Shown: piece after piece, positions 38,485 through 52,021 of the stretch
Layout: every line of letters starts with the position of its first letter
How positions within the stretch are numbered: the first letter of the stretch is position 1
NCBI GenBank assembly: GCA_028534125.1
Contig: CM052817.1
Location: 15,502,001 to 15,566,000 of the forward strand
Length of the DNA stretch: 64,000 bases
Source: Lama glama
Lineage: Eukaryota
Direction of reading: 5' to 3'
Notes under the pieces: generated by a model
What the model was told of the DNA's origin: nothing
The model's input: the letters and a program-made list of their open reading frames with translations, nothing else
Databases searched by the model: none
Program-made: the position numbers and the translations under genes

Positions 38485-39835
38485 TAAAAACTTTTATTGA
38501 GATATAATTCGTATACCATAAAATTCACCTGTTTAAAGTAAACAATTCACAGGGTTTTTTAAGGGTAATCACAGACTTGTCAAAAAGTAACTTTAGAACA
38601 TTTTCACCACTCCAAAAACAAAACCCCATTCTCATTAACTACCCCTCCCCACCCTCCACTGCAATCCTCAGCTCTAAGTAATCACTAATTTACTATCTGG
38701 CTCCATAAATGTGTCTTTTCTGGACATCTCATACACACAAAATCATACAACATGACACATCGATGACTGGCCTCTTTCACTTAGCATACTGTTTTCAGGG
38801 TTCATCCGTGTTGTAGTATGTATTTACACTTCACTTCTCCCTTGCTGAGTAAGTGTCCCATGGTACAAATACACCACATTCTGTGTATCCATTCATCTGT
38901 CGATGGACATTTGGGTCATTTCCCTTTTTTGACAGGTGTAAATAATACTGCTGTGAATACCCATCTGCAATGTTGTGCTGCTGTATGTTTTTCTTTTCAT
39001 TTGTGTGTATTAGAAGTGGAATCACTGAGTCATAGGGTAGCTTTATATTTAACTTAAAAAAAAAAAAGCTACCAAATTATTTTCCAAAGTGGCTGTACCG
39101 TTTTACATTTCCACCAACAATGTACGATGGTTCCAATGTCTTGGGAAAATGTTTTGCCAATTTTTAAAATCAGGTTGTTATTTTATTATTAAATTGTAAC
39201 AGTATTCTATACATTCTGGATAGAAATCCCTTATTGGAAATATAATTTGCAAATATTTTTCTCTCATTCTGTGAATTGTCTTTTCACATTCTTGATGCTA
39301 TCATTTGCAGGACTAATAGTTTATTAATTCAGCTTTCTTTTTTCTTTCGTCATTTGTGCTTTGGGTGCCACTTCCAACCTAAGGCTGTAAAGTCTTACTT
39401 TTATGTTTCCTTCTGTGAGTTTCATAGTTTAACCTCTCACATTTAGCTCTACGATCCATTTGGGGTTAATTTTTTGTATATAGAGTGAAGTATGTGTTCA
39501 ACTTTACTCCTTTGCCTGTGGGTATCTAGTTGTTCCACGTCATTTGTTGAAAACACTATTCTTCTACCCTATTGAATTGTCTTGGTACCTCTGTCAAAAG
39601 TCAACCAAACAAATATGCATGGGTTTATTTCTGGGCTCTCAATTCTATTCCATTGAGCGATAGGTCTATCTGTATGTCAGTACTGCACCATGTTTTGAAA
39701 TTGGAAAGTGTGAATCCTTCAACTTTGGTCTTTTTCAAGATTGTTTTGGCTCTTCTAGGCCCTTTGCATTTCCGTATGTATTTTAAGATCAGCTTGTAAA
39801 CTTCTATAAAAATAAACAGCTGGGATTTGGATGAG
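38485..39835 (-). mobile_element. L1MB-type 3' end and distal ORF2
   Basis: tttattgagatataattcgtataccataaaattcacctgtttaaagt...ORF 38831-39025 (KKGNDPNVHRQMNG) is an L1 C-terminal alternative-frame signature. Confidence 0.9.
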
Positions 39836-40689
39836 TTATATTTTGTATTATGAAATACAATCAGTTTAAATACATAAAAGCATAATTAGTGAGTAAGAAT
39901 AGGGTAATTTAAGGTCCCTGTCAACTCTGGGATACCAGTGTTCTGAAAAAATAGCCATATTAAAAGAGAATAAATATCTACCAACACAAACACAAGTACT
40001 AAAAAATAATAATTTAATTTAATTTGTTTCTTAAGGTAAAATTTTCCTTTACCCTTTTGCTAGCACAAAGCTTCAAGCGTTTTTTTTTTTTTAATTTGCC
40101 TATGGTTCATTATTGTTATCACCATCAAACATTAATATTTATGGCTATTTGTAATAGAGCCATTAGCTCATTATTGTGATTTTAGCTAACTTAAAAGAAT
40201 AATAATAACAATTTCTTCTAGAGAGGCAGGAAAGCTTTCCAGTCCTGAGAGAATGGAGACCAAGTTCTATTTCCCTTTATAGAATTAGCACCAAGTATGT
40301 AGTATCTAGCATCTAACACTAGTAGACCTCAGACTCCCCAGGCTAAACATGATGTATGAACAGGTTGGTTTATAAGAGCCCCAAATGACATTCATTTCAT
40401 TGTTCCCCTAGAGATGATTGCAATGCCTCTAAACATGTTCCTTAAGATCCCGTCCCAATTCTTCACTGATCTTTTCTGAAAAGCCCAGGTCACCATCAGG
40501 ATCATCTTCTTGGTTATTAAGTACCATCTGTCATTTTCCTTTTATTTAGCTCCAGCTCTATGGAGAGGTATATGAGGACAGCTCTGAGGACACTTCTATG
40601 CCATCAATCTGTGACGCTATTCCATTCTCAAAGCTACTGTGCTACATTCTGTTGTGGCCTTTTGCTTCTCCAGGTGAGCAACCTTAATA

Positions 40690-43600
40690 ATAATGAAAAA
40701 AGATTTTAACGCTACTGTTAATAATACTGATTTATTGATGTTCATTTCTATTCAATCCTTATTCATATCTTTTAACTATTTTTTTAAAAATCAGTTATTT
40801 TTTCTTATCTTTTCTCCTTGTCTTGCAGGAGTTTCTATTATATTCAGTATTAATCCCATATTGTCTTTCGTAGTTGTGAATAATTTTCTCAGTCTGTTCG
40901 TTATCGTCAACTTAATCAGTGGTTTCCTTAAGCAGATATCATTTATTTTTAAGTATTCATAATTACCGATTTTTCTTCTTATGTTTCTGCTTTTACCATC
41001 TTGTTTAAGAAGTTCTTCTCCACCCCTAGGGACAAATACGTCTCTTACTTTAATCTAAGAGCTTTATAGATTTTTCTTTCACGTTTAAGTGCTTAATCCA
41101 CCTGTGGAATAGGGTGGGGGCTCTTTTAATATGGTGTAAGATAGGGATCAAGATTTCTTTTTATTTTCTATAAATTGAGAAAATTTTCCTTCCTCAATGA
41201 TTTAAACCAAATTGTGATATATAAATGAAACTTATTTTAAGCTCTTTTTCATAACCCTCCTTTGTTTATATCACACTGTTCATCTATTTTTTTCCTTTTT
41301 TTTTTTTTAGCATTGGCTTTGCAACATACCTTTCCAGAAGGAATTCTCTCTTTTTGCTCTTTTTAAAAACACCCTATGTAGTACTTTCATCTTTCTTTTA
41401 AATTTTGGAATATATCTTTCAGCTCTGTCAAAATACTAAGTGGAAATATTTTTAGAGTTATAGCAAATCGATTGATAAAATTTGGAACCTTCCCCTTTAT
41501 AAATTAATTTCAGTCATCTAATAACATAAGCGATCTTCCTCTTTGTCTTAGATTTTCTTTTATGTCAATTCATATAATTTAAACTTTCTCTTGTAAAAAT
41601 ATTTTGTATTCTTTGTCAGATTATTTCCTGGATACTTTATACATGGTTTTTATTGTTATTTGAATGTTATTTATTATATACTATTTTCTAGATAAATATT
41701 GTTAATAGGGAATGCAATTGATTTTTATAAATTGGTCTTGTATCTGGTAACTCAACAGACTACTCAGGTAAGTCTAATATTTTATCTTAGGAGTAAGTTG
41801 GATTTCCTAAACAGATTGCTGTCTTACCTAAACTGTGTTTGTACTCTTCTAGCTTTTACATTTCTTTCTCTTTTTTTTTCTTATAGCATTATTCAGGAAA
41901 TTCAGTACTATATTAAATGAGTGGTTATAAAAATCATTATTTTATTTATAAACCTAAAGGAATTCAACTTAAATTTTTCATTAAATGAGTTGTGGATATT
42001 AATTATAGGACTTTTATAAGTTAAGGAAGTTTTATTCTACCAGCGATTTTCTGGGTCTATGACAAAATAGACATTGAAATTTAGTAAATAAATTTTTGTA
42101 CCTATTAAAGCAGTTGTATGATTAGTTCCTTATGTGATGAAAGATAAAATGGATCTATAAATGCCTTATTTTGTATTCTACTTAACCAGTTTTGAAATCA
42201 ATATTATACTAGCCTCATAAAAACTTGGGTGTCTTTCTTTTCTCAGTTTTCTGAAAATCTTTTATAAGATAGGAACCACCTGTCCCTTGAAAATGTGGAA
42301 GAATTCAGCTATGAAGCTAATTGGAACTGAGGCGTCTTTGGAGGTGAGCCTGAAGTTACCATTTCAGTTTCTCTAAAGGTTATTGGTCTACCTGGGTTTT
42401 TATTCTTGTTGTTTTAACTCTGACTTTTTTATATTTTTATACAAATATCTCTCTTCTTTCTAGGTTTTCAAATATATTAGTGCATAGCCGTTAACAATAA
42501 TTTTTATTATTTCTAAAGCTTTTGCATATATATGTATATTTATTATATCCTCTATGAATCCTTTAAAAATTTTTTGTAAATATTCTCTCCATGTTGTTGT
42601 GGTTTATTTATTCATTCATTTATTAAATATATATTGAGTACCTGTAATGTGCTGGTCTTTGTTACAGGCACTTTGAATCAATAGCAGTGAATAAAGCAGA
42701 CTAAAACCCCTGCCTTCATGGTAGTTACATGCCTTGCTAGTCTCTGGATCTAGCTAAGGTTATAATTGGCTCATTTATCTTCCTTGGCTTTCTTCTTTTG
42801 TTTGTTTTATCCAACTTTTTATATAGGATGCATATGAATTTCCCTCTTAGAAATGCATTTACATTATCATTAAGGGCCAAGGACAGTATGTTTTAATTTC
42901 CTGTATGATTTTTTCCTTTACATACTTTTATCCTCAATCTTCAATTAATTATGCCTAACTTATAAATATCTACTAAAATATTATTGTAAACTTACTAATA
43001 GCTATGTCTTCCCCCATACAGAGTCCTTGCTTCTTAGGACATAAATGTAATTGAAGTCGTTTACTCACCCACATGGTCATGAACATACTATATCTATCTG
43101 TCTGTCTATCTCCTCTACGATGTCTCTTCTCATTTAAATACTTTCTCCAAAAATATTCTCAAAGAGAGTGATGTGGGGTGAACCTTATGAAGACTGAAAA
43201 TAGCTACAGTTGTTTATGTATATTTAAATAAGTTTTAGCTTATTAAAATTTTTAAGTTTGAAGTTCTCTCTCTCAACAGTTTGAAAATATTATTCCATTA
43301 TCTTTCCTTGTTTTGCTATTGAAAAACTTCATGTTAAGTTGTTTTTGTCTGGGAGGTTTTAGCATATTTTATTTTTGCTGTTTTTTAATTCTTGGCATTC
43401 ACCACAAGTTGTCTATGTGTAGGGTTTTTGACTTTTTTTTTTTAATCTAACTGTTTGCCACTCTAGAATCCCTTTCAGATTGAGGTCTTTCATTATTTAC
43501 TAGCTCTAGTAAATTCTCAGCCCTTGACCCTTAAAATATGTTTTCTCCATTTATGAGTTTTCTTACCTTTAAGGAATCATATAAAAAATTAAAATTGCTA

Positions 43601-43720
43601 ATTCTGTTCTTCATATCCTCCAACTGTTTACTTTTTCATCTCTGTTTCTTTCTGTGGTCTCATGGTGACATCCCAACACTCTATATTCTAAGTCAGCAAT
43701 CCCTTGTGGATGGATAGATT
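40690..43720 (-). mobile_element. Very old L1 (L1ME/HAL1-like), fragmented, with an L2 tail at about 42605-42735
   Basis: T-rich antisense L1 motifs: atggtgtaagatagggatc, aatgcaattgatttttataaattggtcttgtatctggtaac, gaattcagctatgaagc, ttgaaaatattattccattatcttt. Confidence 0.7.
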
Positions 43721-44639
43721 TTGCTATTTATCCCTTATATTGAGTGTTTATTCTTAGCTCATATTTGTATTCTTTATGTGTGGATGGCATTGGGGTTCCC
43801 CCCACCCCGGTGTGCCATTTGCTCCCTTTATCAGTTAAAACTGCTTCTTGTGTCCCCCAAGATTGTTCACATTTTTCGAGTTGCTTTGCGTGTTTAAATC
43901 TTTCCCATGTGTTACCTCCAGGACGTGCTTCAGGGGACGGAAGCATCAAATACTAATCCCCACTCTTGTCGAGAATGAAAAATCAAGATGATTCTTTCGT
44001 ATCAAGAGTAAAGAGCAGGAGGGGCTGAGAATTAAGGTGTGAATCCTAGTAGGATATCCCCTTGGCCAGGCAGGGTCTCTTCCAAGAACGCCCCACCGTC
44101 ACGTCTTCCTGGGACTGCCTATACCTTGACCACGTTCAGACGGAAGCCTGAGGAGTGTGACATAAATATCAAGCAACGGGGAAATGAATTTCAACAACGA
44201 ATAACATTTTGACTGAGAAACCATTATCACCTTCCAGTGGTCGATATTCTTATTTTATACCTACAAAGGCTGTGATTGAAAGATAAAAAGAAAATATTCT
44301 CTGCTCTCACCAAGGCAGTCACCCTGGAGGGTTTCAGGAGGCATCAAGACTGATCCTTAGCAATCAGAAGCCTTCAGAATTTGCTCTCTTTTTCCTTCTG
44401 TCTTCTTTCCTCTACTTGCCCTTATTTACACACACGTGCGTGCACACAAACACACACACAAACACAACACTTTTTTATTTCTCCCTGAATTCCACATTAC
44501 TTGAAAGTGGACTACCTGTGAACAAGTTTTCACTACTGATTTTACTTTGTTTCCCACATTTTCTACCATCTATTGTTAAGAGCATCTCGCTGTGCATTCC
44601 AAAAGAATACATAGTAAATATAGAGGAATGGATATTTAC

Positions 44640-44790
44640 TATATAATAGTAAAATATTAAATAATAGTATAGTATTAACATAATGCTATGCTATAATAAA
44701 TTATATACTAGGGTATATAATATGCTAACATATGTATATTAAAATAATAAAAGTAATATATTATAATAATGTAATATATAATATAATATA
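44640..44790. repeat. AT-rich low-complexity tract
   Basis: Direct inspection (taata/tata repeats). Confidence 0.85.
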
Positions 44791-45204
44791 GGAGCACCTG
44801 TCTTTTTTCTGATGCATATTCTAGGTGTGTTTGGGAACCTGTGTATTCATATTATAGGAAAATAAGGCGTGGAATTCTCAGTAGTTTTCCACTGTTGAAA
44901 GGGCTGTTGTTGAAAATCACCAGTCCCACATACTCAAAGCCCAAGCCAACCACTTCTTCTGTCTTTTGAGGCATGTGGGAAGCACAGAGGGAGAGAAAAT
45001 ACGCAGAGCCAACCCATCAGCGACCAGTGGTCATGTGAATCTTACACAGGGTTTATTATGCTCTGCCCAAGTGATACATCTTTACTTTCCCTATGTTATT
45101 GGGGCAGGAGAAAAGGCAAAATACTAAATGGTACATGAGGCCAAGGGGCGATCGCTACCCTGGGTGCAGGCTACTATTTCTGTGGTCTCTGTACAATCCA
45201 GATA

Positions 45205-45400
45205 CTTTATAATCATTATTTTATTTTCTTTTCCCAACAACACTGTTAGATGCTTGTTATTATGAGCCTTTTACAGACGATGAGACTGAGCATAATGACA
45301 TTCAGTATCACCCCATTTTCACCAGTAACAATGGGGAGGGCAGATTTCCCAAGGAGCATGTCTGAACCTATTACTCAGAACACTATTACACAAGAGCAAA
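45205..45400 (-). mobile_element. MIR SINE
   Basis: cccaacaacactgttagatg...ttttacagacgatgagactgag. Confidence 0.65.
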
Positions 45401-47152
45401 GAGAGGATTTCTGCCCTACAGCAGGGTTGGCACTTGATTAAAGCTAAACAGCTTAAGAATACCTGTGATACCTCCCACCTGTAACTTTTCTATCTTATCT
45501 ATTCCACGACCTTATCTTCCCCTTGGAGTACCCAGCCCCCTACCATTTAGGCATCTGATACTCTTAGCTTGTCTGAGTTTCCTCCAAGAGGACCATCTCA
45601 CTTAGATGCTAGCCAAGAACTTGTTCTTTGTTGTTGTTGTTTTTTGCTTGTTTGCTGTTTAGATTGTTATTGCATTTGGTTTTTTGCCTTATCTAGAGGA
45701 CCACAGATAAATGATACATTATTTCTTTCCTATCTGATATTGTTTAATTCAAAGAAATGAATCTCTAAAAGTAGAGTTTCATTCTCTTGAACCAAAAACA
45801 GACCATGTAAACATTAAACTCCCTATCACCAAAATGAAGAGAAATCTTGCCAATTATCAGTGCACCCGGGGTCCGTTTGGCACCAGAAGCCCTAATATCG
45901 GAGATTGTAAGAGAAAGTAAGTCAAGTGGTCTTGAAAAAGAGTCCCTGGAGACAATCAAGGTAGAAATAAAGAAATCTCAAAAGTTTGGTGTGTGGATGT
46001 TTATCTTGCTAGATACCGTCAGTAGTTTTCTGTAGCTGCTTACTGAGCTGGCTCATGTTTAATTTGAGTAACCTTGTGGAGAGACCTGTTTAAGTGGCAC
46101 TATCAAACAATAGCAGGAAGAGGAGAGATAAGAAGAAAGTATAAAAGGATTATTAAAGAGATGCTGGGGGTGGAATTTATCTCTCCAAACAAATCAGGGT
46201 GTTCTGGACTTAACAGAAGAATCCTATAATAGGTGGACAGATAGGAAACTGTTATTTTCCAGAACTCAGCAGCATGTAAGTGGTTTTACTCTGATTTTTT
46301 GACAGAGAATTGGGGAAGGGAGATTGTGACTTTCAGATTATTATTTTTATAACATATTTTCTAAGATCCTGACATCCTAAATACTCTGATTTTTAAACAA
46401 AAGATGAAAGTGGAGGGAGGGGCAGGGGTTTGAGCATGTCTTCCCTAATTCTCCATCCATAATGTAGCTATACAGGAAAGAAATCTCTGTTGATCCCTTT
46501 TGCAACCCTAAGACATCTCACAGCAGCACTCAGATAAGCTTTGGCCAGTTACATCAATACAGTAGTTTTACTAAGCAGTCAGAGTATAAAAGAAAGAGAG
46601 TAGAGAGACTAATTATTAGGTAGAGGCTGAGTTTGGCTTTTATTGTCTCTGTTACCTGGCTAGACACAGTAAATTTTCAACATGTGTTCCTTGCATTTCT
46701 CTATCATGGAAGAGAATTAATAATGTGCATGTATTGATTTTTTATTTGTATAGCTGTTGAAACAAAGGGGCTGAAGTAAAGAATCCAGGATTCTATTTGA
46801 CCAATCAGTTTATATTTGTTAAGAAATTAATACATAGCCACCTCTGTGGGGATCTGGAGAAGGGCTGTCAGAAACGGAGTGACCTTTCTTCAGGTACTTA
46901 CAGAAGAGATGGGCTGACCAAACGTACACACAACAATCAGGGCAGTGGGGTGAGATGCTATAGCTTTGATTGCTTTCATTTCCTTTTCTGTGTTAACTGG
47001 CATTACAAAATTATTGGAATCTTCCATAGAAATAAAGATCTAGCACAAAGGTTGGGACGACTAGCTATGTATCCAATTACCTGTGAATTTCTAAAAATTT
47101 AGGTGGACCGGCTCCACTCTTGATGAAATAAATCAGAATCTCCCTGAATAAG

Positions 47153-47533
47153 TGCTACAGATGAAATATTTGAGCACCCTTCCAAAATTCATACATTGAA
47201 GCCCTGACTCCTAACATGATGGTATTTGGAGATGAGATCTCTGGAAGTAGATGAGGTAATGAGGGTGAGGTCCTCATTATGGAATTAGTGCCCTTATAAG
47301 AAGAGACACCAGAGAGCTTGCTGTCACTGTCTGTGCTCTCATGAAGAAGAGGTCATGTGAGTCCATAGCGGGAAGGAGGCCATCTGTACTTCAAGGGGAG
47401 TGTTCTCACCAGAACCCAACCACGAAGCATCCTGGTCCTGAATCCCCAGCCTCCAGAACTATAAGAATGTAAATGTTCTTTCAGCCACCCGGTCTGTGGT
47501 GTTTCGTCGTGGCAGCCTGAGCTGACTAAGACA
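47153..47533 (+). mobile_element. MLT1A/MST-type MaLR solo LTR
   Basis: TG...CA; ccaaaattcatacattgaagccct; ggaattagtgcccttataagaagagacacc; cagcctccagaact; ggcagcctgagctgactaagaca. Confidence 0.92.
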
Positions 47534-47729
47534 GTGAGCCTTGAACTTTGTGATGAACTGAGTTCCTAGTCTTCCTGCTTCTACTTAAACTATTTTTATG
47601 AGACAATAATTAAATTTTTCAAAATTTCCCTCATTGTCTCATTTTTCATTGTTTACCAACCACTCAGCTGTAGTCACTGCCTTAGTAGGAGAGTGAATAT
47701 AGACCAGGAAAAAAAAACAGACTTAATCA

Positions 47730-48183
47730 CGTTGTGGGTTAAACTGTGACCCACTGGGGGGAAAAAAAAGGAGAGATACTGAAGTTCTAATGTCCAGGAC
47801 TTCAGAATGCAACCTTATTTTGGGACAGGGTCTTTACAGAGCTAATGAAGTTAAAATGAGGTCAGTAAGGTGGGCCTTAGTCTACATGACTCATATCCTT
47901 CTAGAAAGAGGAAATCTGGACACAGAAACATAGGGAAAACACCATCGGAAAATGGAATTATGCTCTCCCAAGCCAAGGAACACCAAAGATTTCCAGCAAA
48001 CCACCAGGAACTAGGAGAGGGTCATGGAACAGGTGCTTCCTCACAGCCCTCAGAAGGAGCCAATTCTGCTGACACCGCAGTTTAGGACTTCCAGCCTCCA
48101 GAGCTGTGAGACAATAACTTTCCATTCTTTAAGCCACTTAGTTTGCAATACTTTGTTAATGGCAACTCGAGCAGATTAATACA
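47730..48183 (+). mobile_element. MLT1B/C MaLR solo LTR with perfect 5-bp TSD
   Basis: AATCA at 47725-47729 and 48184-48188; accttattttgg..agggtctttacaga; caagccaaggaacacc; cagccctcagaaggagcc. Confidence 0.93.
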
Positions 48184-48320
48184 AATCATCTGATAGCTAA
48201 AGCACTTATGATTTCCAAGAGTCAAGATTTTAAGGAAAAATTGCTTGCTTGTTTAGGATTTTTTTTTTCCCTAGAATCTACCGTTGTATGTCAAGATTCA
48301 AAGTCCTGTAACACTGAGAT

Positions 48321-48475
48321 CAGTTATTCTCAAAATTTAATGTACATCAAAATGGCAGGAAGGGTTTGCTAAAACACACGTTGAGTTTCTGAATCAATAG
48401 GCCTGAGATGGGGCCTATGGATCTGCCTTCCTAATAAGCTATTAGGTGATACTAATGATGCTAGTTCGAGGACAG
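48321..48475. mobile_element. MER5A-like hAT MITE
   Basis: cagttattctcaaaatttaatgtacatcaaaat...gagtttctgaatcaataggcctgagatggggcc...aggtgatactaatgatgct. Confidence 0.8.
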
Positions 48476-49177
48476 AGATGAATGTTGGCTGACAAAAGAG
48501 CCCTTTTAATAACCACATGGTGATGAGAGCTGGAGCAGTTGGCAGAGGGAGGAATCAGTGAGTAAACACAGAAGCCATGCCCCCTGGGGGCAGAGAGCTG
48601 GTCCTGGAATCTGCAGAACAGGGCAGCTGACTCAGTAGTTTTCCAAAAGAGGGTAACTGTAAGTCATGAGGAATTTCACAGATTTAGTGGTTCAGATATT
48701 TTCCTACACATGGCCATGTTTTCCAAATCATCCTCACAATTCTGGGAGAGCTGGATTACTAGAGGTGGGGTTAGAAGGGACTTTCAGGCAGAGTGAAAGA
48801 GCAAACAGCATGTGCAAAGCCCTGATGAAAATATAACACATGTTCAAGTTGAAAGAATGCCGGAGGGGCTGGAATGTGGACGGTGTGGCAGCCCACCTCT
48901 GTAAGGCTGGAGGTGGGAGAGCACTTCTCAGAGATGAGACTGTAAATTACAGACTGGGTGGCCACCCTAGGAGGTTAAAGCAGTTAACTCAGTTTGGCTG
49001 CTTCAGAGGTTAAAGAAACCCCTACCTATCCACCAGATCGTCCACATTTGTACTAAGCATAAAGGTGAAGACATGATAAGGATTCTTCATGAATTTCCTG
49101 CGATCCCCTGAGTCCAACCTTTACGGGCCAGTTGGTAGCCAGGTAAACAGAGCAGCATTCCATTTTTAATAGAGAGC

Positions 49178-49915
49178 ATCTTAGGTCAGATTCTCCAGAA
49201 GCAGACCCTGAGACAAGATTCATGTGGATGTGACTTAGTAAGGAACTATCCTAGGAAAAACTGTCAAGAAGTAGAGGAAGCACAGGAAAGGAGAAGTCAG
49301 AACAGGGTGCTTTCCTGACCCTGTTGCTGGAGGAGAACTCTGGAGGATAAATAACACTGTAGGTTATCTTGGTCTGAATAGGGTCAGGAGAATTCCCAAG
49401 AGCTGTTTTCCAAGAGATGAGCTTCCTGATAGCCATTGGAAGCCAAAACATACAAAAACCAAGAGAAGAATGTAGAGAAATGGTAAAGAGTAGCTGTCTT
49501 AGTCTGCTTGGGCAGATGTAACCAAATAGACTGGGTGACTAAAACAACACAAATTCATTTTCTCATGGTTCTGGATGCTGAGAAGTTTAAGATTAAGGAG
49601 TCATCCAATTCAGTTTCTGGTGAAGTCTTTCTCCTTGGGTTGCAGACAAGGGATTTTCACTATGTCTTCAGTATCTATGCATGTAGGGAGAGAGAAAGAA
49701 ATATCTCTTTCTTCTTCTTAGAAGGACTCTAATTCCATCCTGTGGGCCCCACACTTGTAACCTAACACCATTACTTCCCCAAAAGCCTACGTCCAAATAC
49801 CACTACACTGGATGTTAGGACTTCAGCATATGAATTTGGGGAAGACACAAACATTTAGTTCATAACAGAAGCCATGTGGATATGGTTGAAATGTGGTTAA
49901 TAGCATCTGGTAGTA
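49178..49915 (-). mobile_element. Old ERVL-class LTR (LTR16/LTR33-like) interrupted by MLT1A
   Basis: tcttaggtcagattctccagaagcagaccctgagacaagattc terminus. Confidence 0.65.
49495..49867 (-). mobile_element. MLT1A0-like MaLR solo LTR
   Basis: tgtcttagtctgcttgggc...tatgaatttggggaagacacaaacatttagttcataaca; TSD GTAGC/GAAGC. Confidence 0.9.
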
Positions 49916-50699
49916 CACCTTTCCTTGTCTGCTTCTAGTCTCTCCTGATGCTGGCCTCAATCAGGATCACTTCAACCCATCAATTGTGTTCTAAATGTTC
50001 GGAAACCCCTCCACTGATTTAGGGAACTCATTTCTGCAAAATTTCCCGCTTGCCCAACTCTTATGGTTGTGTGCTGGGGGGAGCACCAGAGGCTGACTCA
50101 GCCTGAGCTTGAGCCCTAATTGAGTCAAAAAGACATGCTACCTTTGGAAGATTAGATTTGGATTTGTTCTGCATTTATTTAAGGGAAAGGTCACAGGGAT
50201 CACTATCTCAGAACAATGGAAGCCTATTGTTAAGGAAGCATCTGAGTGTGCAGCTCCAGAAACAGACAACAGACAGCAACGTCCAGTTGGCGATTCTCCA
50301 GCTTAACAAAACAAAGCCCCTTTCCTGGAAGTGCCACCGTGCACCAAAGGTAACATCAAGCAGCCTTACCTCAAAAGAGAAGGAAGAATATTCTCTGGAA
50401 AAGTATTTCATTTTTTTCCCTTGCACTGTAGTTCAGTTCCTCCCTGAAGCCTATTCCAAGCCGAGGATGGAAAAGAATCACCCAAGAGATCAATGTGAAC
50501 ATCATCCCTGGCATCTTCCCTTCTCACTGAGCTTGCTGACTTTGCAGTCTTCAATTTTACGTTGTTTCTGGTATATGTGTGTGTATATGCACACACACAT
50601 ATACTAGGTTTTTTTTTTTTTGCTTTAAAACCCTCTGTTGGTCTTCATGTTGACTGTAAGCATTTAAATAAAGAGTTGTACAACAAATACATTACATTT

Positions 50700-50920
50700 T
50701 GTACTCTGGCATCACACGGACCTGGATTTGAGTCAGTTTCACCACTCTTGTGTATAATACTAAGTGTTGCTGAGACCTAAACATCTCATCTGTAAAGTAG
50801 AGCTAATTATATCTTATCTCAATTAGTTGTCACAAGGAATATATCAGATTACATTTGTAACGCTTCCAATTCAGTGCCTGGCACACAGTCATGAGTAAGA
50901 TAATCATTTACTATTGTCAA
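50700..50920 (+). mobile_element. MIR SINE
   Basis: ctctggcatcacacggacctggatttgagtc...ctcatctgtaaagtag...cagtgcctggcacacagt. Confidence 0.8.
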
Positions 50921-51094
50921 ATAACAATATTTTTAAGAAGAATTTCAGGTAATATAGTAAATAAAGAAGGCTGAGAATATCGATGCATGTGCTTAAAGCA
51001 AAAAATAATCCATATTCTATTAACTCAACTACCCTCTAAACATATTTTTAATTGGGAGGAGTCAGTTTGACAATGAAATTTGTAGAATGAACAA

Positions 51095-51250
51095 ACCTGA
51101 GTGCTGGAAAGAACCTTAGAATTAAGCATTCTTCACTTTTAGATGATCAAACTAAGTCACCAAAATTGCTCTGTCTTGCTCAAGGTCAAATAGCCCCCAG
51201 GCAGAGGTAGCAGTGAAACGCGGTGCTATCACTCTACCACAATCTATTAG
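51095..51250 (-). mobile_element. MIR SINE fragment
   Basis: gctggaaagaaccttaga...cttttagatgatcaaactaag...cttgctcaaggtcaaatagc. Confidence 0.65.
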
Positions 51251-52021
51251 ACCCCAATTCTTATTTGCTGAAGGAGTGGATCAGTTTCTTTTTAGAATTC
51301 ATGGATGTACAAATTTATAAAGCTGACTCAGGACAAGCAATCCCATGTAACATGTTGCCCAAACAACTGAGCCTTGGTTTGACACACATCATTTCTATCC
51401 ATCAGAAATGTTTACGTCGATGCCTGAACACATTCCAGAGTCTTGGAAGTGGGAGAGAAGGGTTTAAAAAGCAAACAACCCTTAGTCATGTTATTAAAGG
51501 ACACTTGCTTTGGAATGGAACTCTGGCGTGTTTAATTATCAACATGTGCCTTTCCATCCCCGGCCTATTAAATCATCTGGCCTGCTAATAATAGCCTGTT
51601 TAGCCATCAGGAGAAGATGGATGAGGTTTAGTTCCCATTTTCAAATCCGAGGGATCTGCCCTGTTTCTGAATTATCTGCAGATGAAGATTAGTCACTGAG
51701 GCATCTGTAGGTTGTGCAGAGGACATCCGAGTCTTGGCCGGCACATTTATCCTCACCAGTGTGCCCCTCCCTCTCCTCCAGGGCTTGCACTGGTGAAGAG
51801 AGACTGAAAGAGCCAAGGTTAAATGTAGGCAAGGAAACCTTACCAATTTAAAGTTCTTTTTAGCACTTGCAAACTGGATTTCATTGCTTCCTGTTTTTAA
51901 ACCATCTGTGAATAGATCACCTATTGAGCTTGGCAAAGGAAATCGTACACATAGCATGACTGCTTTCGCAAAGACAGCTGTTTTTTTTTTTTCCTCTTTG
52001 TTCTTTTTAATCCATATCTAG

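Noticed and set aside
41765..41773. Perfect donor CAG|GTAAGT (also minus-strand donors at about 30875 and 37275, and AG|GTAATG at about 59676)
   Set aside because: Mostly inside old L1/L2 sequence or lacking a convincing partner site; expected by chance
45157..45872. Inverted pair ACCCTGGGTGCA / TGCACCCGGGGT about 700 bp apart, as possible transposon ends
   Set aside because: Only 11/12 identity, no TSD, and the interior is unrelated (MIR); likely chance
50158..50607. Longest ORF (149 aa, + strand)
   Set aside because: TTG start, no recognisable domain, ends in a simple repeat; a length expected by chance in 64 kb
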